DNA of 64,000 nt from Antedon mediterranea (taxonomy: Eukaryota; Animalia; Echinodermata): positions 35,151,648 to 35,215,647 of the forward strand of contig NC_092673.1 in the NCBI RefSeq assembly GCF_964355755.1. The letters are read 5' to 3'. The notes beneath the pieces are model-generated. The model saw only the letters and a list, made by a program, of their open reading frames with translations. It was not told the DNA's origin and did not search any database. Positions 13,451 to 27,220 of this stretch are shown here, piece by piece. How positions within the stretch are numbered: position 1 is the stretch's first letter; every line of letters begins with the position of its first letter. The position numbers were made by a program, and so were the translations under genes.

Positions 13451-13890
13451 GATACGTTGAGAAACGCTGCCCTGAAGCAGGGGAGAAATATTATTTTAGG
13501 GCCTATACATAATATATAGACTAGATACGTTGAAAATCGTTGCCCTTGCTCCTATTGAAGCAGGGCAGAAATATTATAGATACGTTGGAAATCGTTGCCC
13601 TAGCTCCTATTGCAGCAGGGCAGAAATGTTATAGATACGTTGACAATCGTTGCCATTGGTCCTATTTAATCAGGGCAGAAATATTATAGATATGTTGAAA
13701 ATCGTTGCCCTTGCTCCTATTGAAGCAGGGCAGAAATATCATAGATACGTTGGAAATCGTTGCTCTTGCTCCTATTGCAGCAGAAATATCACATTGCATT
13801 ACCTTGCTGGAGTCTCTCCGAGTAGGCTAGCATAGCTGGTTGATACGTTGAAAACCGTTGCCCTCATGGTTCATTCACGGGGCAGAAATA
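13451..13890. repeat. 55-bp minisatellite, ~5 full copies plus degenerate flanking copies
   Basis: GATACGTTGAAAATCGTTGCCCTTGCTCCTATTGAAGCAGGGCAGAAATATTATA recurs at 13524, 13579, etc. Confidence 0.9.
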
Positions 13891-14693
13891 CAGAATACAA
13901 AGGATAGGTCCTGCATTTATTATTATTTATGTATTTGTATATAACATGTTACTGTAGACTATATCATTGTTTTTTTTGTAGTGTAAGATAATTTCTTGTA
14001 CAGTATTCTGTCTTCAAATACAGTAAAATCTTTATTAATGGACACTTAATTGTTGACTAAATGAGAGAAAGTTGTACAACCCCAGTTAAGTCATACTTGA
14101 CACATTTCATTGTCTGAACAAGGCTAAAACATATGAAAACTGTGGCTTAACTATTCGGAAGAAACTCTATTTAAAAAGAGTTATTGGTTTGGTCTCAAAA
14201 GCGTCCCTTAAATAGTGTTCTACTGTATATATATTCTACTTGATTGTTATTTTTTAAAATCTCATGTCTGTTTTTTGTAGTTCAGTGTGGTAATGGTATA
14301 TGTATACTCTCCAGTATGTTGATATCTAAGTGGAGATTACATGATTTTAAGGTTTTTGAGTTTAAAGGTTTGCATAAATAAATACTTGTTACATGGAAGT
14401 ATGTTGTAAATTATATCGATGTACGTGCCGTGTTACAACACCACATACATTGATTACAATTTACACTTTAATCTACTTTTGTAAGATATAATGTCGAACA
14501 AAATAATAAATTTGAAATAATATTATAAATATAGAGTGTATTATTTTCTTTGTTGTAATTTTCTTTTTCAAATGTTAATGTTGTTTCATATATGTTAAAA
14601 TGTACTTATAAATAATGACTACAGTACAAAGACTTGATTAACTTTTTATGACATTGTCAAAATGATTATATTGCGGTTACTGCATTATACTGC

Positions 14694-16155
14694 ATATACG
14701 GTATCTATCATACAGTACAACATAAATAATTCTATACAATAATAATAGACCTTACATGACAATCTAAATAAGTCATAGATAAAACAATACAATATAAATA
14801 ATTCTTGGTTCAAAATAATTACAACTATAATAATAATAAGATAAGTCTCAATTGCTTACCAAAGATAGGCCTGGATAACATGTGCAGCTATAGCTATACA
14901 CTATATCAATTACTACTGTACTACAGCTTTAGGCTTCTAAGTAAGCCTTGGTACATCTACCACTTCTATAGCTAGGCCAGCTTAGGCTTCTAAGTAAGCC
15001 TTGGTACATCTACCACTTCTATAGCTAGGCCAGCTTAGGCTTCTAAATAAGCCTTTTGTGATTGCTAGGTCCTTACCCAACAAGCCTAACTATCCAACTG
15101 CCACCCACAGCCCAAGCAAGCTATGCCCTCATTAGCATAACCCATATGGTTGGTCACCTGTTCACTTGACACCCTTCAGTGAACACAAGCACAGTATACC
15201 TAGCTTGGATTTGGCACTTACATACCCACCCACAATTGCGCATTGCACAATTTTACATACAAATACAATGAAAGTGTAAAATCCAGGCCTATAACACTAA
15301 TTATCCATCAACTTATTAACTATAATGTTAAACAACAATGTATATAAGTAGCGACAAAAATAAAGTTAAATACAAAGTTCATTTAAAGTTTCTTAAGTTT
15401 TCTCAGCTTCCTTCTTTGTTTTGTTCAATTCAGAATAATATAGGATTTACTTTTCCGGATCATCATTCTCCAACAGCAAACATAGTTTACTCACAGGCCT
15501 CGTCAGGATACTTGCATGTGTCTTTACCTTTACTTGCCGAACAAACCCATCCTTGTTTGGTAATGTCTCCACAACTTTACCCATTGGCCACATTTCTTGG
15601 GGTTTTCTCACTTATCAGTAAAACAATATCTCCAATTTTAGCATTTCTTCTTGGAGATAACCACTTTTGTCTTCTTTGTAAAAGCGGAAGATATTCACTT
15701 TTCCATCTCTCCCAGAAACGATCAGCCAAATATTGAGCTTGTTTCCATCTTCTCCGGAAGTAATTGGATTTATTCTCAGAATTACAAGGTGGTAGATTTA
15801 CATCACCCTTTAGAAGTATGAGTTGGTTAGGTGTGAGCGGTTTAAGATCGTTAACATCCTCCTGATTGCTTGTTATTGGCCTATTGTTGACAATGTTTTC
15901 CACTTCACAAATGAATGTATGCAAGGTATCATCTGTTAACGTCTGACTTTGGACTAATGCATATAATATCTGCCGTATAGTTCTGATTTGACGTTCCCAT
16001 ATCCCACCATGATGGGATCCGGTGGGTGGATTAAATACCCAGTCTATATCCTTTTGCAGCAAAGTTTCATAAATTCTGGCTTGGTTCCACGCCTTAATTT
16101 CCTTACTCATCTCTCGGCATGCTCCAACGAGGTTTGTACCATTGTCAGACCTAAT
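14694..16155 (-). mobile_element. Partial duplicate of the BEL/Pao element 3' end (integrase C-terminus, PPT, truncated 3' LTR)
   Basis: Matches 18221-19682 (offset 3527) with only 2 substitutions noticed. Flanked by 98-bp direct repeats at 14590-14687 and 16154-16251. Confidence 0.93.
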
Positions 16156-16469
16156 ATGTTAAAATGTACTTATAAATAATGACTACAGTACAAAGACTTG
16201 ATTAACTTTTTATGACATTGTCAAAATGATTATATTGCGGTTACTGCATTAACCATATTTGTTACTGCAATAATGTATGATGATTTTAGTTTGTTTCAAT
16301 GTAAAAGTTTGAAACAATCAATGCTATAATATATATGATTAGTCAAAACAAGTATAAATATTGGATAACCCTGTTTAAAAGAGTAAAGAAATTGTAGTTA
16401 CTGAAGTAACTGCAGTTGAATCAATTTGACATGTTCCCTTACGAAATTGATTGTTATAATTATTATTAT

Positions 16470-16657
16470 CTATCGTTATTATCATCGTTTTAACATCTTT
16501 ATTATCATCGTTCTAATTTCTTCATTATCATCGTTTTAACATCTTTATTGTCGTTTTAACATCTTTAATTTCATCGTTTTATTATCATCGTTTTAACATC
16601 TTCATTATCATCGTTTTAACATCTTTAATTTCATCGTTTTAACATCTTCATTATCAT
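16470..16657. repeat. Left arm of a 23-bp minisatellite (AACATCTTCATTATCATCGTTTN) split by a LINE insertion
   Basis: Same unit as 29188-30300. Confidence 0.88.
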
Positions 16658-18129
16658 TTTATTTTATTTTTTATTTTTTTTTGTTTTTTATTTTATTTTA
16701 TTTTATTCAATTTCCAGGTAACATACAAAAATCATAAACAAGGTACGACATTATTCAACCAAACAGAACAAAAGTACTATCAGCACCTGCGGGTAACCAA
16801 AAGTGGATCAGTTCAAAAGAACTGCACTGTCGAGTGGCTTTCCCAACTAATAGTACGAAAAACGCAATAGACATAAAAACACAGTGATAGTCTAGATAAA
16901 TTCGATATCAGTAATACATTTTTTCAAATCCCTTCTAAACCCCCCAAAGTTAAACAGGACTTTGTTACGAACTTCATGCGGGATACATTCCCATATTCGA
17001 GGGAAATTAACAAACAGGGAGTATTTAAATGCATTAGTTCTAGCATACATGTGTTTAAAGGTGAGGGACTCTGGATACCGAGAATTAATTGTAAGGTATT
17101 CAAAAATATCACAATCAATTAAATTATGCAAACACTTAACTACAAAAATTATACTATGAAATTTCATTCTTTGAACCATATCTGGTAAATTTAGTATCTT
17201 AAGCCTGTCAGTGAAATCGCCTTCAACACACAATTTAGTAACCCGTCTTAATGACTTGTTAATAGCTATATTATGTTGTTTTTGATGTGGATCCCACACA
17301 GGAGCACCATATTCAATAACAGGTCGACATAGTGCATTAAAAAGTCGTAGTAAAATTTCGGTGTCATTGAAACCTACAAACCGTTTGATAAACCCAAGCA
17401 TTCTCATAGATTTCATCGATACATCATTAACGTGAGCAGACCATGTTAAATCACGTGAGAAGTTAATACCAAGATATTTATGTGAATTAACAGCTTCAAG
17501 GGGATTGGATTCGATTGTATAAATAAAATGAGGGATATAATTACGTTTCCTAGTTATGTGCATGACTTTACACTTCTTTGCATTTAATTTCATTTTATTA
17601 TCCTCACACCATTTGGAAATTTTACAAAGATCCTGTTGTAAGGTAAGTGCATCATGACGACTGAATACAAGTTTATAAATTACTGTATCGTCTGCATACT
17701 GCTTCATAACAGAAGAGGTATTTAGAGGTAGGTCATAAACAAAGAGATTAAATAGAAGCGGGCCTAACACTGATCCCTGAGGAACACCCGAGCCCACTCT
17801 ATCCCAATCAGAATGCTCCTTATTAAGGACAACACGTTGGAATCTGTCACTGAGAAAGGAGTGAAGACACTTTAGGAGAGATCCACATACTCCCATGTTG
17901 TGCAGTTTCTTGATTACTAAATCATGGGGAACACGGTCAAAGGCCTTCTCCCAATCAAGGAATATTGCATCAATTACAGGAGGTTGTCTAACATCCATTG
18001 TTTGTGACCAATCATGATATAACGCTGAGGCCTGTGTAATACACGATCTACCTGGATAAAACCCGTGTTGCGTGGGACTTATAAATCCAAAAAATTGAAG
18101 ATGAAAAAGAATGTTTTATCTGCTATAAC

Positions 18130-18749
18130 TGCACAAACAAGTTTCTTGCAAATGCGGAATTTAATTGTTCTCCGACTTGATCCGATTTACTATAACAAAT
18201 AAATAATGATTACAAATAATATATACGGTATCTATCATACAGTACAACATAAATAATTCTATACAATAATAATAGACCTTACATGACAATCTAAATAAGT
18301 CATAGATAAAACAATACAATATAAATAATTCTTGGTTCAAAATAATTACAACTATAATAATAATAAGATAAGTCTCAATTGCTTACCAAAGATAGGCCTG
18401 GATAACATGTGCAGCTATAGCTATACACTATATCAATTACTACTGTACTACAGCTTTAGGCTTCTAAGTAAGCCTTGGTACATCTACCACTTCTATAGCT
18501 AGGCCAGCTTAGGCTTCTAAGTAAGCCTTGGTACATCTACCACTTCTATAGCTAGGCCAGCTTAGGCTTCTAAATAAGCCTTTTGTGATTGCTAGGTCCT
18601 TACCCAACAAGCCTAACTATCCAACTGCCACCCACAGCCCAAGCAAGCTATGCCCTCATTAGCATAACCCATATGGTTGGTCACCTGTTCACTTGACACC
18701 CTTCAGTGAACACAAGCACAGTATACCTAGCTTGGATTTGGCACTTACA
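18130..18749 (-). repeat. BEL/Pao 3' LTR
   Basis: TG start at 18749, CA at 18130. About 99% identical to 25581-26203 (~6 substitutions and one 3-bp indel seen). Internal ~53-bp tandem duplication. Confidence 0.94.
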
Positions 18750-21700
18750 TACCCACCCACAATTGCGCATTGCACAATTTTACATACAAATACAATGAAA
18801 GTGTAAAATCCAGGCCTATAACACTAATTATCCATCAACTTATTAACTATAATGTTAAACAACAATGTATATAAGTAGCGACAAAAATAAAGTTAAATAC
18901 AAAGTTCATTTAAAGTTTCTTAAGTTTTCTCAGCTTCCTTCTTTGTTTTGTTCAATTCAGAATAATATAGGATTTACTTTTCCGGATCATCATTCTCCAA
19001 CAGCAAACATAGTTTACTCACAGGCCTCGTCAGGATACTTGCATGTGTCTTTACCTTTACTTGCCGAACAAACCCATCCTTGTTTGGTAATGTCTCCACA
19101 ACTTTACCCATCGGCCACATTTCTTGGGGTTTTCTCACTTATCAGTAAAACAATATCTCCAATTTTAGCATTTCTTCTTGGAGATAACCACTTTTGTCTT
19201 CTTTGTAAAAGCGGAAGATATTCACTTTTCCATCTCTCCCAGAAACGATCAGCCAAATATTGAGCTTGTTTCCATCTTCTCCGGAAGTAATTGGATTTAT
19301 TCTCAGAATTACAAGGTGGTAGATTTACATCACCCTTTAGAAGTATGAGTTGGTTAGGTGTGAGCGGTTTAAGATCGTTAACATCCTCCTGATTGCTTGT
19401 TATTGGCCTATTGTTGACAATGTTTTCCACTTCACAAATGAATGTATGCAAGGTATCATCTGTTAACGTCTGACTTTGGACTAATGCATATATTATCTGC
19501 CGTATAGTTCTGATTTGACGTTCCCATATCCCACCATGATGGGATCCGGTGGGTGGATTAAATACCCAGTCTATATCCTTTTGCAGCAAAGTTTCATAAA
19601 TTCTGGCTTGGTTCCACGCCTTAATTTCCTTACTCATCTCTCGGCATGCTCCAACGAGGTTTGTACCATTGTCAGACCTAATTTGCTTCACTGGTCCTCG
19701 TCTAGCTGTAAATCGTCTTATGGCGTTTATACAGGCGTTTGTATCCAGGGAACTAGCTATTTCAATATGAATTGCCTTAGAGGACAGACACACAAATACC
19801 ACACCATATTTTTTGACAGTGCTTCGTCTTTGCTTGACTTCAATTGGTCCAAAAAAGTCCATGCCTACTCTAGTAAATGCAGCTTGGCCTGATGTCACTC
19901 TATCAGCAGGTAGATTTGCCATCATTTGTTCCATTGTTTTCCCACGATATTTTCTGCATTGTACACACCTGTTAGTAATCTTACGAGCTAATGCGTTGGC
20001 GCCTATTACCCAATATTTTTCCCGAAGTACAGATAACATCATATTTCGGCCACTGTGCCCACTTCTTCTATGAATGTCATCAAGCATTAAACTACCAACA
20101 AGTGATTGTTTGGGAATGATGATTGGGTGCTTTGCATTTGTCGAGATGTCTGCCAGATTCAGGCGTCCACCAACATTTAGAACCCCTTCGTTTAACCATG
20201 GATCCAGTCTCTACAAAGGGCTGGATCTTGAAACTATCATTGTGTTACTTTCTGTACCTCTCTGCAGAACTTCCATCTCTTCGGAATAAAACTTTCTTTG
20301 AACGTGTTTCACAATCAACATTTCCGCTTCATGAAGGTCACGAACAGTTAACCTGTGGGATCCGCTTGTGTGTGATCGAGTAGCGCCTCTTATTTTCCTC
20401 AGCAATACACCTTTCACCTTTAAAATATATGCAACTGCCTTCTTAAGCGAGTGCCAAGATGAATAGTGTTCAACTAGTATACACACTGGATGATTAATAT
20501 CATTAACCTGAGTAGAGTGGCTTGCTTTTACCTCACAATCTCTTGAATCCTCTTTCATTGATATTATTTGCTGAGGCCATTTACCTTCATCTTCCAATAG
20601 AAACCTTGGACCTTGAAGCCATACTGGATCCGAAAGAAATTGTTTAGGATTCTGTCCTCTTGACGCAACATCTGCCGGATTTTGTTTGGTATCAACAAAC
20701 TTCCATTGGTTTATACTAGTTGCACTCCTTATGATGGTTACTCTGTTGGACACAAAGGTATGAAAGCGTGAGGACTCATTAGCTATGTATCTCAGCACTG
20801 AGGTACTATCTGTCCAGTAGAAGGTTTGGTGGAGTTTGATATCCAACTCTCGGAGAACAACGGCACAGATTTTGACTGACATAGTTGCTGCTGTTAGTTC
20901 CATTCTCGGGATAGTTACTTTCTTTATAGGAGCCACGCGAGCTTTCCCTGTTACGAAAGAACATCTAATTTTTCCCTGCTCACTTATTTGCCTAAGATAG
21001 ATCACACAACCATAACCTTCGGCACTGGCGTCAGAAAATGCATGGACTTGAGTATTGACGAAATGTGAATTGCTTCCTGGTACGTAACATCTAGGTACAG
21101 TTACGGATTCAATGAGACAAATTTGCTTACACCAATTCTGCCACTTCATCGCATGCTCGTCCGGTATACGTTCATCCCATCCTAACTTTAGTTTACATAA
21201 ATCTTGAAGTAGGTTCTTTGCCGACACGCTGACAGGCGCAACAAACCCTAAGGGGTCATAAATAGTGCTAACAGCAGATAAGATTGCTCTTCTTGTGTTT
21301 TCTGCTTTAAACTTGCCAATACTAAAACCGAACAAGTCATTGTCCACATCCCATTGAAGCCTAGTGCTCGTTCTTTTGGTAGCGGAGAATGGTCAAGATC
21401 CAAGTTCATTACTCCTTTGGTCCGGTCTTCGACTGGAATTTGCGATAGAATATATTTGTTGGTGCAGACCCATTTTGTAAGGTTGAATCCGCCTTTTTGA
21501 CATAAGTTCTTCAACTCTTGAATTAAACCGAGTGCCTTTTGTGTAGACTCGACTGATCGCAAACAGTCATCCATGTAGAAATCATTTAGTACAGTTGATA
21601 CTGCCGCTTTACTATGTAATTTCTGGTTGTCTTTGGCTGTTTGTTGCAATGCAAAATTAGCGTAAGACGGAGATGACGTGGCTCCGAACAGATGGACAGT

Positions 21701-23378
21701 CATCCTGTACTTGATAGGAGTTGCTTCTAGATCGCCACCTGGCCACCAAAAGAAGCGAAAAAGATTGCGATGCTTTTTAGGAACTTTTACTTGGTAGAAC
21801 ATGGTCTCGATATCACTCATAAAAGCTACAGGATGCTGACGAAATCTAAGTAGAATACCATTTAAATTGTTGAGCAAATTAGGACCGCATAAAAGAAGAT
21901 CATTCAACGCAACACCAAGATACCGAGCGGCACAATCGAACACAACCCGTATCTTCGTGGGTTTTTTCGGGTGATAGACACCATGATGAGGGATATACCA
22001 CGTTAAACCATCTTGCGATTCATAAGGTGAAACCTCTTCCGCATAACCCTGGTCTATAACGCTAGTCATAAATTTAACATAATCCTGTATCTTTAATTTC
22101 TTGTCTCTTAAAGGAAGCTCCATCTGATAGTGACCGTCAACAAAGTTACAGCTATCAGCCATTATTTTAATAAATCGTTTATCTTCTTGTGACCACTCTC
22201 TTTTATCGTCTATAACTCTTTCCGGAAAATCGTATTTTAAACTTTCTCTGTATGTTCTCTCTAGACTTTCTGACTCGTCATGTTTAGATATAGCCACATT
22301 GATGAAACTTGAGTTGACATTTGTAGTATTACCAATCCGAATGACATTCCAAGGAATCCAGCCCAAAGCAGTCTTGGTAGCATGAGGAGAGCTTGGTGGA
22401 CCCGTTCTAATATCTGATGGGGTGTACGCATCCGGGACATTATTTCCAATAAGAAGATCTATGGTTGCGTTTGATGAAAGCTGGTGCAGTTTAACATCAT
22501 GTAAATGACCCCATTGTTCTATATCTTTCATTGTTGGAATGTGTTCGATTTTAACAGGTATTTTGTCTTTGTTGTAGACAGCGGGCATACGAATGCTACT
22601 GTTACCTTCAATATCCGAAACAATTAGACCATCTACAGTACAGGTTTCAACAAGTTGAGAATTTAACATAGTATCTAAGGTTATAGATCTTTTCTTGCCT
22701 TGCACACCTAATTCTGTCATCAACCTTTGGCTACAGAAAGATACATTACTTCCTGGATCGAGGAAAGCATAACACAGAGTACATTTCCAACCTACACACA
22801 CTTTAACAGCTATCACAGCAAGCGTGCATTCTAATTTTCCTTCAGAGGTTACACAGCTACTACCATCAGTGACAGATATTGGTACAGCATGTTTAGGTGC
22901 CGTAGACGTTAATACTGCGGGAAGCCTTTGGTTTTACCATATATTACCTCTCTATTGTCATAATGCAACAATGTGTTGTGGGTACCTCTACATTTCGAAC
23001 ATGTGATGCCGGATGAACACCATCTCTTTGTATGACCTTTACCAAGACACAGAAAACAGACATTTTTTCTCTTTAGCATCTCAAACCGTTCTTGAATAGC
23101 CATCCTTTTCATTTCTGAGCATTGAGCGACTGAATGTGGCCTTTCACAACACAAACACTTCTCCACTTGCTTTACATTTACTGCAGACACCTTAGAAGAC
23201 TCCTTGAACTTGTTGCCTCTAGCATCAAGTTGAAGTTTGCCATACACGGGATCATTAGACTTTTTGGCTTCTTTTCGTACAAATTCAACAAGGTCACTAA
23301 ATTTTACTCGTTCGTGCTTGGCCTTCAAGTCATACACCTTTCCTCGCCATCTTTCCTGCAAGTTGTAGGGTAGCTTAG

Positions 23379-24024
23379 TGTAATATAACGATATACTTTT
23401 ATATTTAAGAAATTGACCTTTGTATCAGAATTTAAATAAGTTCACAAACTTGACCCAGAAAGTCCAGAGGAGAGTTTGTCCAGATGTTTTAATGACCATT
23501 TAGTTTATAATAGAATTCCTAAAGAAAACACTTAGCTTAATTTTGTGACTGTTCCCATCGTAAAACAATTAGATATTGACAGTTTTAAGCAGAGATTCGA
23601 CAGGGCCAATTCATCATTGTAACCTCCCCAGATAAGATCAATCATTCCCACTTAAACACCCCTGGATCAACTTAGGACCAATCATTAGCTCCATAAATGA
23701 TGTAATGACATTATGCAAATGAACCGGAGCCAATATACTCCCAAGTTTCAGAAGGGCCCAGACACACCTCACAGCCACTTCTTCAGAAGAACATCTACAC
23801 CTCACAGCCACTTCTTCAGAAGAACATCTACACCTCACAGCCACTTCTTCAGAAGCAGACCTACACACTTCACACCTCACCGACAGCATCATTGATCCTC
23901 CGTTCTTTATCTATAGTTATAGTTGTATATTGTACTGAAGTATTAAACTGAATAAACAAAATGTGTTACGACAGTCAAGCGAGTAAGAGTCTTCATTAGT
24001 ACAACAACGCAACATTATATTACA
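23379..24024 (+). mobile_element. Solo LTR (probably Gypsy-type) inserted in BEL gag
   Basis: TGTAATATAA...TTATATTACA inverted termini, 4-bp TSD TTAG (23375-23378 / 24025-24028), AATAAA at 23951, internal 33-bp x3 repeat. Removing it restores gag in frame (IVT-KLPYNLQERW). Confidence 0.9.
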
Positions 24025-25580
24025 TTAGTAACAATAGTTTTAAGATTCTCAAAAAATTCAAGCACAGCCAAACTGCCCACACACTGCGTAGCTGCCTCAC
24101 ACTCTTTCAGGAAAATAGCAAAATCATCCAAGGATTTGGAATCTGAAGAACGAAGAACAGGCCATGAATACAGCTTCTTAACAAATGCGTTGGCTATCAC
24201 TTCAGGATCACCATAACGTTCTGTCAATTCTTTGATTGCCGATGGGTACCCTGTGTCTGCGTCTAGGTAAGAAAATCCTTTAACTATGCGATGGGCCTCT
24301 CCAGTTGTAAATTGTTCCAGGTACTGCAATTTCTCATCTGCTGAACAAAACTGTTCCACTCTAGACTTAAATTGTCTTATAAAACGTTTGAATTCCAAGG
24401 ATTCACCTGCAAATTTCTTAATTTCCATTTGTGGCTTCCGCATAGTCCTTATCACCTCGTTCATATCAGTAGAACCAACATTTCTATTAGAAGAAAAAGA
24501 ATCCTGACAACCCGGTTTTGCGGAAACAGATGACTTTGCGTAACAGGAACTACCACAGGAGTCACTGTGTTCGAAGCTAAGTTAGGAATTGTAGTAGGAG
24601 CAGGATCTGCTTGAGCAAAGTTTTGGGTTGCCAGTACGTTTACGGGAACAGCAGGTACTACCACAGGAGCAACTGACGTTAGCACAGGAATTGTAACATG
24701 ATCGGCTGGAGCAAAGGCTTGTGTTACATCACCAGGAACAACAGGGACTACAACAGGATCCAATGGGTCTAAATCTAATACAGGAATAGTAGCAGGATCC
24801 GCTGGACCAAACGATAACACATTTCGTCGGTATGCACTATCTAGAAACCCTTCCATTGATGACGTACTTTTGTGGCTACCAGAACCACTTCCGCTTGCGA
24901 AATCCCTTGCAACATTCAATCTTGCTTCGGCGACGTCTATCTCTTCTTTTAAAGCGTTTTCTTCTTTTAACTGTTTGAGTTTGAACTCTTCCTGTTTCAG
25001 TTTGAACTCTTCTTGTTTCAGTTTGAACTCTTCCTGTTGAATTCTCTGCTTTTCTGTGAGACTCCTCTGCCTGGCTAGCAACTCTGCATGTTTTTGCTCT
25101 TCTTGAATCACAGAAGCACTTAGTGATCGTTTAGAATATTTTGAACTGTTGATTTCCTGCTTGCGGAGCGATGAGAATTTACCGCCGCAGACCGCTCTAC
25201 CTCAAGCACCGCAAACCAATCCTCTACTTTAGCCTTTAAGTTTGCCAACCACACATCTTTGTCTTCAAACCATTCATTATACATTATTTTCTCTTCCTCG
25301 TTCAGCAAGCCACAAATTTCATCATGAAGGAACATAAATTCACCATACACCATTAACCAATCTTGATGCACCTTAATCAGATTTTCTCTTGTAACTTCCT
25401 TATTCAAAGAAGCTTTCAACGCTTCTGACACAAATTTAACACGACGCCACAACTCTTTGATTCCTTTCAGCTTTCGTTCCTTTTCATACTCTGCACCCTT
25501 CTCGGTCTTGCGTTTTACTCTAACAGATTTCTCTGAAGCAGCTTCAGCCATCGTGGATATATCTTTGTAAATTTTATAAC

Positions 25581-26203
25581 TGCACAAACAAGTTTCTTGC
25601 AAATGCGGAATTTAATTGTTCTCCGACTTGATCCGATTTACTATAACAAATAAATAATGATTACAAATAATATATACGGTATCTATCATACAGTACAACA
25701 TAAATAATTCTATACAATAATAATAGACCTTACATAAGTATCTAAATAAGTCATAGATAAAACAATACAATATAAATAATTCTTGGTTCAAAATAATTAC
25801 AACTATAATAATAATAATAAGATAAGTCTCAATTGCTTACCAAAGATATGCCTGGATAACATGTGCAGCTATAGCTATACACTATATCAATTACTACTGT
25901 ACTACAGCTTTAGGCTTCTAAGTAAGCCTTGGTACATCTACCACTTCTATAGCTAGGCCAGCTTAGGCTTCTAAGTAAGCCTTGGTACATCTACCACTTC
26001 TATAGCTAGGCCAGCTTAGGCTTCTAAATAAGCCTTTTGTGCTTGCTAGGTCCTTACCCAACAAGCCTAACTATCCAACTGCCAGCCACAGCCCAAGCAA
26101 GCTATGCCCTCATTAGCATAACCCATATGGTTGGTCACCTGTTCACTTGACACCCTTCAGTGAACACAAGCACAGTATACCTAGCTTGGATTTGGCACTT
26201 ACA
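25581..26203 (-). repeat. BEL/Pao 5' LTR
   Basis: Direct repeat of 18130-18749; the gag ATG (MAEAASEK) follows within ~30 nt. Confidence 0.94.
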
Positions 26204-27220
26204 TCTGCTATAATACGTTCAAAAACCTTACCTATAATAGAACATAGCGATATGGGTCGATAATTATAAACATTGTTACGATTACCTGACTTAAAAATAG
26301 GAGTGACATTCGCGAGTTTCCAATCTTTTGGTACAAAGCCATCCGTTAAGAACTTGTTGAACATTTTGCACAACACTGGGGCAATAATTGGAGCTGACAT
26401 GGATAACATTTTAGGTGTAATCCCGTCTGGTCCAGGGGATTTGTTGGGTTTCAATGACAATAGAGCCTCGAAAATAGTTTTTTCAGTAATATTAATGTTA
26501 TTAAGGGGAACAATATCTGGGTGAACACAATTACAGATCTCATGGTTAACATTGAAATTACGATTAGGTTCGTTAAAGTTTGACGCAAAGAATGTGGAAA
26601 ATGCATTTACCGCATCGATATCGGAAACCAAGGGTATACCGTTAAAAACAAAGTTTTTGACTTGTCCAGTCTTACGCCTAGTCTTAACATAACTAAAAAA
26701 ACGTTTGGAGTCACCATTTACACAGGCGACCCTTAATTTCCTAATATATTGTAAATGAGCTTTTTTTGTTAGGTTTCTTAATTTATTACTAAACTTTCTA
26801 TATTTGTCCATCTTACTTGGGTTATGAGGATGACGATAAGCCTCTTTTAGCATTCGTTTCTTTTTACGAGCCATGATAACCATTTCTTGAGTTATCCAAG
26901 CTGGCATGTTTCTTTTTTTACTTTTGACTTTAGGGATACAATCGTTGATAGTGGCGAGAAAGAGGTCTTTAAAATTTTCCCACATTTCCTCACAGTCTGA
27001 TTGTTCCAGGCACAGTCCCCAAGGAACCGCCCCCAACGTTGTAAAAAGATCGTCATGGTCACATTTACTATATTGATAATAATATCTATCTACAGGTTTA
27101 ACTTTACTGTATCTAGCGTTAATATTAAAATAAACCCCAAGGTGGTCACTTGTACTGAGACCGGGATGACTTCTGAAATTACATACAATGTCAGGGTTAT
27201 TGCACAAGACCAGATCAATA

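Larger units (their letters stand above)
18130..26203 (-). mobile_element. Full-length but decayed BEL/Pao LTR retrotransposon (gag-PR-RT-RH-IN)
   Basis: Two ~620-bp LTRs, PPT GTGGGTGGGTA at 18750-18760, TSD TCTGC (18119-18123 / 26204-26208). Gag with three zinc knuckles, protease FLDPGS, RT YIPHHGV..KIRVVFD and YMDD, RNase H FSDAS, FYWTDS, integrase DFFGP..SDNGTN..GGIWER. Several frameshifts and an apparent deletion before RT. Confidence 0.96.

Noticed and set aside
23638-23895. Short repeat-containing ORFs inside the BEL element
   Set aside because: They arise from the 33-bp repeat of the solo LTR.
27001-27220. N-terminal part of the 418-aa ORF as a novel RT fusion
   Set aside because: Chance read-through from the antisense strand of LINE A across the LINE B insertion junction.
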